This document shows positions 50,928 through 62,412 of a stretch of 64,000 nucleotides of DNA, piece after piece. Below the pieces are notes generated by a model that saw only the letters and a program-made list of their open reading frames with translations, ran no database searches and was not told where the DNA came from. Made by a program: the position numbers and the translations under genes. Within the stretch, counting starts at the first letter, position 1; every line of letters begins with the position of its first letter. The DNA is from Octopus vulgaris. Taxonomy: Eukaryota. The DNA is taken from assembly GCA_951406725.2 (NCBI GenBank), contig OX597825.1, positions 33,604,001 to 33,668,000 of the forward strand, read 5' to 3'.

Positions 50928-51133
50928 ATGTTTGTGTGTCTGTTTGTCCCCCCCAACATCGATGCTGGTGTGCTTACATCCCCATAACTTAGCGGTTTGG
51001 CAAAAGAGACTGATAGAATAAGTACTAGGCTTACAAAGGATAAGTCTTGGGGTCGATTTGCTTGGCTAAAGGCGATGCTCCAGCATGGCCACAGTCAAAA
51101 TGACTGAAACAACTAAAAGAGTAAAAGAGAGTA
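50734..51133 (+). mobile_element. SINE family A copy
   Basis: Near full-length match to 2595-3010. Confidence 0.9.
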
Positions 51134-51206
51134 TGCACTGTGTGCATCTATACATTATTTAAAATATCCTTTGAAAAACACAGGCTGACTGCTAAAACAT
51201 CTTTAA

Positions 51207-51426
51207 CCCTTCAGTATTCAGATGAATCTGTCAAGCTTAATGCTTATTTACTCACATCGTTTTGAATTAATCATGCATTATCCCATAGCTTTAAGATTTC
51301 AATGATATGATTGTTTATTTTTTGAATGACACTGTAGGATAGGTGTGAGAGGTCATATCTTGTCAGTTTGAGCATAAAATAGGTAAATTATTTGGGCTGG
51401 ATATTCCCAGTTTAATTGCTAAAGAG
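51207..51426 (-). mobile_element. piggyBac-like MITE family 2 with TTAA TSD
   Basis: TTAA-cccttcagtattca...gctaaagag-TTAA; reverse-complement relative of 23521-23736. Confidence 0.8.
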
Positions 51427-51479
51427 TTAATCTTGTTTTACCTCATGGTTCTGAGATTTTGATGAGGTGATTGTTTATT

Positions 51480-51810
51480 TCCAGAATGAGATATTTGAAT
51501 CCTCATAATTTACATTATTTATCTGTATGCCGCATTTCAATTAGTTCTTGCTCTGAATGTCATCAAGTATCAATTTTATGGATATATTATCACAAAATTC
51601 CAGTATGGATTCAATCTTCAAACTAGAAACTTTTCGTAGCTTCTAAACTAATGTTATCACTAAAACCTTTGTTCCTGGTTTGAATATATTCTCTTCTCAT
51701 GTAGTATATATCTCAAGAATAAGAAGTTTGATGATGGTCTGACTTTAAACTAGTCGAAATATAGTATAGCTGTATTATAAATATTCACTCTTATAAATAA
51801 AGTTACTAGT
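51480..51810 (+). mobile_element. Probable Penelope-like 3' remnant with hammerhead-like motif
   Basis: KTFVPGLN resembles the GIY-YIG C-terminal T..P.GLN motif; followed by ttgatga..gact/agtc-gaaa (51728-51759) and aataaa. Confidence 0.45.
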
Positions 51811-52845
51811 TTGAACAACAACTTGTATCAGACGTTTAGACTTTCACTTTTATCTCTTTGCTTATATATTTGTTTATGTTCCCATTATTATTCTTTTATA
51901 CATTTCAGCCCTAAGGCTGTGGCCATGCTTGGGCATATATATTTGTTTATGCTCATACTAGACGTTTAGACATACATTTTTATACATTTTTATCTCTGAT
52001 TATGTTAAACTAAAGGTGGTGTATTGTCAGAGTGTTCAGAGTGTTGGACAGAATGTTTCACAGTATTTGTTTCAATTCTCTGTGATCTGAGTTCAAATCC
52101 AGCCAGGTTCATCTTTAATAAAATAAAATATCAATCCAGTGCACTGTATTGGCAGATATTTTAGAGAGCTGTAAAAGATGCAATGCAATATCTGTTCTGG
52201 CTCTTGGCATTCTGAGTTCAAATCCATTTAATGTCAACTTTGTCCTTTATCCTTTCAAAGTTAATAAAAACAGATGGTGGCAGCAGCTGCTATTGTTGTA
52301 CTTGCTCATCAGTTCCTGGCTTTGGGTAAAAGAATATACAAGAGGATCTGTTAATTATGATTTTATTCAACATACTCCCCTCTCAGATTTACACACTTAT
52401 TGCAGTTGTCCTTCAGTTTTTCTAAGTTTTGTAAAAGACCTTGGAAGGACGGGCCTCCAACCAGGCTTTTTGTGATACCTTTAGAGCCAGGAACTTTCCA
52501 ATACCCTGTGTATATCACTTTTTACTATGAGAAGAGTTCATTTGTCTTTTGCTGAACCTTTTACACTGTGTACAATACCTGATCAGAGGGAGAGAGAGTA
52601 GGAGAGTGGGGAGGATTAACCCCAACATTTGACTAGTTCTTTTTTCATTGACCCTAAAAAGAGGAAAATTCTAAGTTGACCTCAGTGGGCCATGAACTCA
52701 ATGCATAGAGAACTGTTATAACTACCATGAAGCATGGTAGTTACTCCAGACTTTACCATTCCTGCATATTTCCATCATTGTTTTATTGTATCAGTATATA
52801 AAAATTGATTTTAAAATTCTTACTCATTGATTTCTTTGCTTTCAG

Positions 52846-52872
52846 GTTGAACTAGATTCGAATGTCAGCTGA
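52846..52872 (+). CDS. SNX27: Candidate start of SNX27 terminal exon (phase 0 VELDSNVS*, phase 2 R-LN*, or UTR)
   Basis: Strong acceptor tttctttgctttcag/G with no obvious donor nearby; followed by UTR-like sequence. Confidence 0.5.
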   Translation, partial: VELDSNVS

Positions 52873-53332
52873 TGAGGAAGAAAAAAAGTAGAAGTGACCA
52901 CCACCAATGCCACCACAAAATATACATGTGTGTATGTATGTGTGTGTATATACATGTGTGTGTATATACATGAGTGTGTGCGTGTGTGTATGTATAAGTT
53001 GACATGTCAGCTGACCAACGCAGCCCGTTGCCTACAGTAAGCTGTCATATATTTTCAATGTCAATGTGCCACCATTTTTCCAACTTGTTGCTTGCTGGCA
53101 TTGCTCAACTTCAACAGGGTTGTTGTTTATTACATCTGTACTTTTGGCTTTTTTTTAATCTTTTATTTCCCTTTGTTTTTTTTTTATATTTTTTATTTTC
53201 TTTCCAATTTTTAACATTATTTCAAATATATTTTGTTGGAACTATTCATCAAGATTCCTTTATTTCTTTCTATCCATATAATAAAGCAGCCCTTTATGTT
53301 CTTTCTTCTCATCTCTCTCTCTCTCTCAATAA

Positions 53333-53373
<41 letters not shown>

Positions 53374-54184
53374 CACACAGTTTTGTTTCTGTTCCCCATA
53401 CCACTCCATCCTCAGACACCTTCCTTCTGCTTTATTCTTCCTCATTCAGGTTTTCACTTTGTTGTTCTTCCTCTCTCCCTCTCCTTTTCTTCTTCTCTTC
53501 CTTGCCTGTCTCCCCCATTCCTCCTCCACTCACATCTAATACAACTTTTTTTTTTTTGTCTAGTCTCTTCTATTCAGCCAGGTCAGGTCAGGTCAGGTCT
53601 GATGGAACTCAGAATATATGGTTGGACTAACAAGTAGATAAAATTGTTCATTCCAGCCAACTGCACCAATTTTGTTTTTCTTCCATGCCTGACTGTGTTC
53701 GCATGTGTGAGCGTTTTGTATATGTGTATACATTTGTGTATATGAAGAGGAATCAAAATTTCTGATTAATACAGTCATGTAGATACTCTTCTGTGTTATG
53801 TAACACATAATTATATTATTGTATTGTCATATTGCATGGATGTTTACCATGCTACATATTGATAGATTGTAATATACACATATGTTATATACACACATAT
53901 ATATATACGTATGTATGTATGTATGTCTGTATTATTGGTTATGTCGTTTTTGTTGATTTTGTTGTAATCGATAATAATAATGATAATGAATTACAAATCA
54001 TCTCAGTTGTTAAACTTGTTTATTCTGTTTCCTTCTACTCTTCCTTCTTCTTCTGATGCCATCCCAGCCCTGTGAGGTATTACCATTATGTAAATTTGAC
54101 TTGCAGACAGAAAGCAAAGAAAAAAAAATAGATCAGGATGAAGCAGAATTGTGAGCGGTGGGGAGAGTGTGTGTGTGTGAGAGA

Positions 54185-54215
<31 letters not shown>

Positions 54216-54464
54216 TGTGTGTGTGTGTGAGAGAGAGAGAGAGTGTGTGTGTGTGTGTGAAAGAGAGAGAGAGAGCATCAGAGAGAAAAGAACATCAGTT
54301 TCAAAATACCAAAGCACCATTAGACTCCTTCCATTCTTCTTCTGCTTCTTTCCTGTTAACAGTTTCCTATGGGTGATCACCATTGAGCCCACCTGCAAAC
54401 CAGTGTACAATTTCATACATTTGTCTTGCTGTTCTTTCACCACTACTTTTGGCAAGCATGGTGA

Positions 54465-54521
54465 AGGGTATGCTCTCTGATGAGGTCAGAATATGACTGA
54501 AGTTTGTCTGGAGTTTTCCCT
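54465..54521 (+). ncRNA. Type I hammerhead-ribozyme-like motif, probably degenerate
   Basis: CUGAUGA (54477-54483), stem II GGUCA/UGACU, GAAG instead of GAAA, GUC at 54506-54508, imperfect 12-bp stem I agggtatgctct/ggagttttccct. Confidence 0.5.
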
Positions 54522-55542
54522 CGTATTTTACAAGAGGAAAATGTTAATAAAAATAGTCAGACTTAAAGTAATTTTCTTCCATACATTATTATTTCTACTT
54601 AGTGATTTAAAGGTTTCCTGCATGAACTTTATTAACACTAACTTATCCATGTTATAATTTCTTGATTTTGTTCTGGATATATTGTTTTAACTTCAGTGAT
54701 TCCACTTTTTCTTAATTTCATCTCATTGACCTATAAATATTGATCACTAAGCAATAATTTGCAATAAATATATAAATATTGATTACTTTAGTAGTTTCCT
54801 TAGCCATCAAAACGAATTTTAATTTCATTAAAATCTAAACACATTCATTTATATAGCTATGTGTGTTTTAATTCTATTTAGTAATATGTCATGTTCTTTA
54901 ATTTTTATAATCTAATGAATTTGAATTTAAGTAATCTTTTTGTTTGAGTAGTCCAATAAAAAATGTTTTCCTTGAATTTATTTTATTCTGTTACTTCTTC
55001 CAATTGTGCTGCTCACTACACTGTCTTGGGGTGGGGTTGCAATAACTTAAGAACTACAACTTAAACTCTGTCCATTCACCTAGTGTGAAAGAATGTGTTC
55101 AGTTTTGTGTCAAGAAATAGCAATCAGATTTCCTTCAAATTACACCCTATGGTTTATATTTATTATTATTATTTTTTTTTTTTTTTTTTGCTTTTGCTTT
55201 TTAAGGGGCCAAGGATAAGGGAGTTTTAGATAGACTCTGTCTGAAAAGAAGATGAGATAGAATAGTGGAATGTAATGAACAAGGCTCAAACACCTCTGAT
55301 CATAGATCTTATTTTTCACTAATATCTGTGCAGACCTGGGTCAAATCAGTGGTTACATTGCATCAGTCATGGGTAAAGAGAATCCTGTGGGGCTTTTTGA
55401 ATGGCATGCTTAAAATATTTACCTTGAATTTTTTTAGTAGTATGCCTCACCTGATGACAAGCAGCCCACTTCTTGCAGAAGGTTGCTCATGCCTGCATTA
55501 CAGCCATAACAATTTATAATGATGAGCAATTTCTGGTTAACA

Positions 55543-55902
55543 GGTGCAGGAGTGGCTGTGTGGTAAGTAGCTTGCTTACCAACCACATGGTTCTGGGTTC
55601 AGTCCCACTGCGTGGCACCTTGGGCAAGTGTCTTCTACTATCGCCTTGGGCCGACCAAAACCTTGTGAGTGGATTTGGAAGATGGAAACTGAAAGAAGCC
55701 TGTCATATGTGTTTGTCCCCCCAGCATTGCTTAACAACCGATGCTGGTGTGTTTACATCCCTGTAACTTAGCAGTTCGGCAAAAGAGACCAATAGAATAA
55801 GTACTAGGCTTACAAAGAATAAGTCCTAAGGTCGATTTGCTCGACTAAAGGCGGTGCTCCAGCATGGCCGCAGTCAAATGACTGAAACAAGTAAAAGAGT
55901 AA
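55543..55902 (+). mobile_element. SINE family A copy lacking the internal microsatellite
   Basis: Matches family A; ...aagcctgtcatatgtgtttgtcccc joins the two halves almost directly. Confidence 0.9.
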
Positions 55903-57280
55903 TATCATCTATTTTGTTTGTAATTTATTATTGAAACATTCAAGTAGAAAATACCAAAAACTGGAAAATATTGCTTGCACATAATTGTTGTTGTTATTTA
56001 GCTATGGGTCTGCAAGGATTAAGTAGACCTGTGCTCAAAAGTATTCATGTTATAACCATTCTTGGGCATTGCATGTCTAGGATTACATTATAACATGTTT
56101 CTGTTTCTCTCTCCAAGATGAAAGTGTGTAATTTGAAAGAGATTTGACTGACTTTCTGGCCGGTTGAATGACAATATAGAATTCCTTTGTTGGTTTATGC
56201 ACCAGTGCTTTTTTTTTTTTTTTTTTTTCTACCCCAGCATTGTTAAACAAAAGGCTTTTTGATTTGTTTGAGAATGTTCTAAAATTACTTTGAAACATCA
56301 ATGTCAAGATGCTTGGTATAGTGACAGGGAGATATGTCTGTCTGGCAATGACGAAATTTTGTTACAGGTATTGCAATACAGACATTAAAATAGTTTACAG
56401 TTTTTTTCTTTGTGGGTTTTTCTTTGTTTTTTTTTTTTAAATATTTATTTCATCATTATAGAAGATGAATTGATAAATTTGTTGTTTTTTAACTGATCTG
56501 AAGCATTCAAGCTATCACCATATTGTCTTTTATTCAAACATTATATATCTAGGACTAAAGACACTTCCTTTTTTTTTTTCTAAATAGTAGAGTGTGATTT
56601 GAGGGTATTTGGTTGCTTTTCTTCCAGATGAAATAACCACGTAGCGGCTCATTCACAAAGCTACACTTGCAAGCTGTGCTTTTTACAAATATTTATTTCA
56701 TTATTCTTGTATGCAAATGGAATATATTGCATTGAAGAGTTATTTCAGCATGCTGTTTATTAAAAAGAGAAAAAAAAAAGTGCTTTGTTGTACTAATAAG
56801 CAGTTGCCTACAGAGATTGAATTACTTTCTCTTATGCATTTCTTTCTATGACAGCAATTGTATTGCTCCTGTATATGCTAATGTTTGTTGGGTCAGCATT
56901 TGCCCCAGGTCAGTGCCCAGTCATGCAGCATATCTGTACCCATAACTTTTCTGTTTGTATCCATTCAGTCTTTTTTTTCTTTTATTTTATTCAAGTAAGC
57001 TTAGCTGCTATTTCTAGCAGGTTGGGTAACAGGCTCATTTGGTTTGACCTTGATTCTAGTCATACTCTACAGTAATTCTATTATTATCACTAAACTATGT
57101 AACATATTTTACAAATGCCTATACAAATATTCTATGACAATTGTATTAATTTACTGACATATTTTGAAAGGAAATAGTTGCAGAAAAGCTTTGTTTGTTT
57201 CCTTCATACCCTTCCTTGAACTTCTATATATATAACAAACTGTTATACACACACACAATTATGCAAAGCAATGATGAAAA

Positions 57281-57503
57281 ATAAACAAACTTTAGATTAG
57301 TTCAAATATATTTGGGGCATATTTCAACTTGTAAAGGCTTTTTCATTGCAAGTCTGCACAGGGCATTCTAAACTGACAATAATGTTCTCACACCTTTGTT
57401 ACCTAAAGTAAGAATTTCTTCCCCATGGTTAGCTGTATTATAAAAGCCTTTTCATGTTGAAATATGTCCCAAATACATTTGAACTGACCTAAAGTTTACT
57501 TAT
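57281..57503. repeat. Inverted repeat, about 65-70-bp arms, about 83-nt spacer
   Basis: aaactttagattagttcaaatatatttggggcatatttcaac... pairs with ...gttgaaatatgtcccaaatacatttgaactgacctaaagttt. Confidence 0.92.
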
Positions 57504-60500
57504 GTATAAAATTCTTAAGCTGAACACTAAGAAGACCAGTCATACAATAAAGAGCTCAGTACATTACAATATAGTTTATAATTTTTTTATCTATCATATG
57601 TTCTGTGGTGCCCACATTTCAAATGATGAAATTCTCTTCAGTGTTCCCTGAGAAGAACCATGAAGTATGAAACATTGGTAGTGACATAGGGTATATTTCA
57701 TAAATATTTCAGTTTGTCGTTATTACTAACAATGTTTTACTAATAATGCCTAAGGCTTGTCTGAAGATGGGCTTGCTGGTTACTGTGAGGTATCAAACTT
57801 TCCAATTTGCTCAATAAATGGTATCTTTACAGACGTTTTGTGTTCTCTCTTTCAGGCAATAGTACGTAGTACATACCCTAATTACTCAGCAAAACTTCAA
57901 AGTTACTGTCAATCATTTCCTTGTAAAAATTAATGATATTCTATTTAGATGCATTGATGATCATTCAATTAATGTTTGACTGTTTCTTTTTATAACTTTG
58001 CATAAAAACAAATAAGCCTATAGATACACACACACACACACACTCATACACACACACTCATACGCACACACAGAGAGGCACACGTGAGTGTCAACTTTAA
58101 TGGTAGAATGTCATTTGTAAAATGAATTCTGGTTAAAAATGTTGATCTCTGTTAGTGTGAAACTTTAGGTGCCAGAAAGGCAACAAATATTCCATCAGAA
58201 AGAATTTTTCATCCACTTTCCTGGTGTTGAGTACTCATTCTCCCAGTTTGTTACTAGTATATATGTGATGTGCATGTATGTATACACACACACACACACA
58301 CATACGGAGGAATATCTTCTTTCTTGTAACCTAGGCATAGCTGTTGCTGAATGCTCTTCTGAAACAATTAGATGAGATATATAACTTTAATATTATTATT
58401 ATTATTATTAAAATGGAGAAAATGGAAGTAGTGTTAGTGCTGTATCTAAATTGGGATGTCTTATTAATGGGTTGATGTTTCACCAAAGAAATATCTTTAT
58501 TAATCTTTAAATTGTATGTGATTGATAGATTAGTAATGACAGAAGCATCAGTGTATATAGTGGAATATTTTAACATTTTATAATGAATTAACGAATAAAA
58601 TTAAATGCTTTTGCCCCAGGTTTTTTGCCTGAATGAACTGACCTATTATAATTTTCTAAGGCATTCCAAAAAGGACCACTCTTCTCTATTTCAGGTATCT
58701 AGAACTGTATTATACTTTGTGTCTTTTCCATTTTTTTATTATTCACTTTTTTTATTAAGATGGGTAAGATGTGATCTTAGGGAAATTCAACTACAAATTC
58801 TAGTCAGATGTACATAATGGAAGTGCAGTATAGAACTTTGGAAATAGGCTGAGCAAACATAAAAAAAAAAACAATTGCTTACAAGAGATATAACATAAGA
58901 AAGGTAACAGCTGGTATGTGTTGGGAATGAATGTGGTGATGTGTGGTGTGACAGAGGGAAAGAAAGAGGTTTATTTTTCAGCTTGTAAAAAGTGAGATTT
59001 ACTAGGATTTATATAATGATACTATTGCTGTTTTGAATAATTGATTTGTTACTAACTTTGTTTAAGCTACATGGATCCCAGCATTTGCCACATCACCAAG
59101 CTAAACAGCTGGGCACATACACATTTTTTCATTTGGGTATAGATTGGGCTATTTGGTTCAGATGTTTGCTTAGCAGTCACATGGTTGCAGGTTCAGTCCC
59201 ACTGCACAACACCTTGAGAGATGTGTCTTCACCAGAATTTTTAGTGAGTAGAATTTGGTTGGCAGAGTCTATGCAGAAGCCCATTTTATATATAATGTAT
59301 ATATGTATGTATGTGTGTGTTTGTGTGTGTGTGTGTTGACATATATTCACATGTAAGTGTATCTATATTTTGATTCAGTGTTTACTAACAATAAGAAATA
59401 TTTTCTGACACATAAGAGTCAATCTTAGAATGCCTGTAAAAAGCTTCATAATATTTGGCAATCAAGTTATTTCAAAGTTAACTAGGCTGGTGCTCTTCAG
59501 GATTTAGAGAGGGAGAGAGAGACCATTTCTCTCTATATAACTAAAACCTGAACTATGATGAAAGATCTTCAAAATCACTTGGATGGTACATACACCTGAC
59601 TTCTCATGAGTACAAGACCAAAGAGATTTGTGGACACATTCCACCAATCTCTACCATTGTTCCTCAAAGCAGGGTAGGCTTTGCTAGCCACTGTTGTCTT
59701 GCTAACCATTATGCTATGTAGGATGTCATATTTTAGAGACTTCACCCTTCTTTAATGTTAGAGACCCACCGCATGAAATGTAGGACCTAAATAGATATAA
59801 ATTACATGCGATCTTCGTGATGCTTCCATAGTGTGACAGTTTTCATATAGCTTTACAGTTGAATGTAATCTTGGTATTTCGTACTTGAATTGTTTTTTAG
59901 TACTTTATTTTATCTTTCATAAAAAAAAAATTAATTGTAAATATAGCAATTCATTTGTGTAAGCAATAATAGAAAGATTAAAAAGCTATTTCCACTACGA
60001 ATTATGTACTTCTGTTGTAAGAGTAAATGATTTTTGATTTTTTTTCTTTCATAATTTTTTTTTTTTTATTATTCCAGTGATATATTTAGTTATGAAATTA
60101 TGAGTAAATACTTATTGTGTCTTTGACAAATTCTGTTTACATTTAAACTTAACAAATGACAGCCTTTAGAAAATGGAAAATTTGTTCCTTTCCTAGGAAC
60201 TGAATTCATTAAAGTGAATGAAGAATGTTAGTGAACATATGTGAAGGATTTTGTTACATAGTTTAACTATTGATTAACTGCAGCTAAATAATAGAAAACT
60301 GGGGTTTGTTGGAGTGGAGGGGGTCTTTTTTCTTTATATCATAACAGCTTTATCATATGTTTATTTTGTTCCCAGTTATCTATCTATTTATAACACACAC
60401 ACACACATTATATATATAAAATGTACTAGTAGATGTATGGTTTACTGTTGAGTTTAGAGCTCCATGTAGATTATCATCATCCAATTTGCTTCCAGTATAG

Positions 60501-60952
60501 TGGTTTGGTAACTACTTAGTAGTATTACTAGTTATGATATACAGAGCAAATGTAGGAGGAATTACAATAAACACAAGTTTATATCATTTGTTTCTACATA
60601 CTTAAAGCATCTTATTACACCTGGAATATCCAATGCAGAGTTCCAAAACTTTGAAACATTCATAGAAGCAAATGCTATAATTCTCCTTCAACCTGGACAA
60701 AAGTGAGGGTAGAGAAGTTGAATATGTTTTTTTCACTCTATCTTAAAACTTTGGCTAATTTTAAGGCTGTAAAATAAAATAATGTGATTCCTAAACTTTT
60801 TTTAGTCACAGAATACATCTGAGCAAATGAAATTGTTTTGGCACACATAGTATTAAAACAATTTAGTACTTTGTGTTAAAATATTTTTTAAAACTATATA
60901 TATCATTGAAACTTATTAAGTATTTTTTTATTCAATATATGGGCTTAGTTTA

Positions 60953-61140
60953 TGGTGGCAAGCTGGCAGAATCGTTGGTACACCAGGCGAAGTGTTTAGT
61001 GGCATTTGATCCATCTATACACTCTCAGGTCAACTTTGCCTTTCATCCTTCCAGGGTCAGTAAAATAGCACTGGTGTCATTGTAGTTGACTTAACTCCCT
61101 CCCCTGAAATTACTGGCTTGGTGCCAAAATTTGAAACCAA
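60953..61140 (+). mobile_element. SINE family B, tail type 1
   Basis: Matches 8083-8298, ends aaatttgaaaccaat. Confidence 0.82.
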
Positions 61141-62381
61141 TGTATAGACTTAGTTCTTAAGACATATTTAGAATCTCACTTTCTAAAAATATAATTTTAC
61201 TATTGGCATCATAATTTATGAACTTTGAAGAATATGAATTTTTTTATTTTTCTTTTCTTTGGAATAGTTTAACTGGAAGCAAGTAAAGTTATAGATAATA
61301 GTGTGGTAATTGGGCATTAAGAAATTTGGGGATAGAAAAATTTGAGGCTGCCATGGAACAGACCACCTGTCATGTTTACAGGAGATGTGGGTTCAAGTCC
61401 TGCTGGCAGCTTTATTTACATGCTATTATGAATAGCTTTATTTGTTTCAAGTTAACCATTCCAAAACAAGAATTTCATAAAATTGTTTTCATAACACACC
61501 TAGCTACCTTCTGAGGCATGCTCATGTACTGTGGCATACCATCTGGGGACTACTGTTGTATATTTATTACTTCAAAAGCTTAAAATACTACTTAGTTCTT
61601 CAAATGAAAACTTTACCTCTGTCTTTCAGTCATACTGATCATTCTACCCCTCTCTCTTCTTTATTTGCTATTGATACCTTTATTTTCAATATTTTCTATT
61701 GTTATCATATGTCTTTACTACTGTAAGGAATACAGAAACTGAAGCTTTACATCTTTTCTAGCTTTTCTGTTAGAAACAACTGTATCTCATGTCCTACTGA
61801 CATTAGCTCATATTTTATTTCTTGAAAAGAAAAGTACAATTTCTTTCAAAATATTTTTTTTTTTAAGAAAAACCATTTAAAAATATTCCTGCAAAAAATG
61901 TTTTTATCTTTTCATTTTCTGGTGTGTGGTACAAATCTATTTTATTAAAAACCTAATAAAAGAACAAAAGCGGTTGTGAATTATTTGAGACTTGTACTAC
62001 TAATTGGATAGAAATACTTGGTTAAGTGGTCCAAGTAAAACGACAAAAAAAATTTAAAAAAAAGATATATATTATGAAATGAAGTTCTTATATTTCCCAT
62101 AAAGTGTGAAGGATATTATTGCATGTAACGAAACAAATACTATTGCAGACATTTGCTTTTTCAAGAAAATTGATCATTTTATATAATCAAACATATTGAA
62201 TAAAGATTTCAATTCTATTCTTTCTTAAGTGGAATTTGATATTTTACTTAATATTTTTCACTGACCTTGTATGTTTTTAAAGAAATTTCAAAAACATTTA
62301 TCAGGAAAAAAAAACATTGCATGCATTACCAAAATCTAAGACATCTGGTTAATTTCATATTGTTTTTTTTTATTTGTTACA

Positions 62382-62412
<31 letters not shown>

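Noticed and set aside
53579-53599. (AGGTC)4 resembling tandem nuclear-receptor AGGTCA half-sites
   Set aside because: A simple pentamer microsatellite with overlapping half-sites and no independent support.
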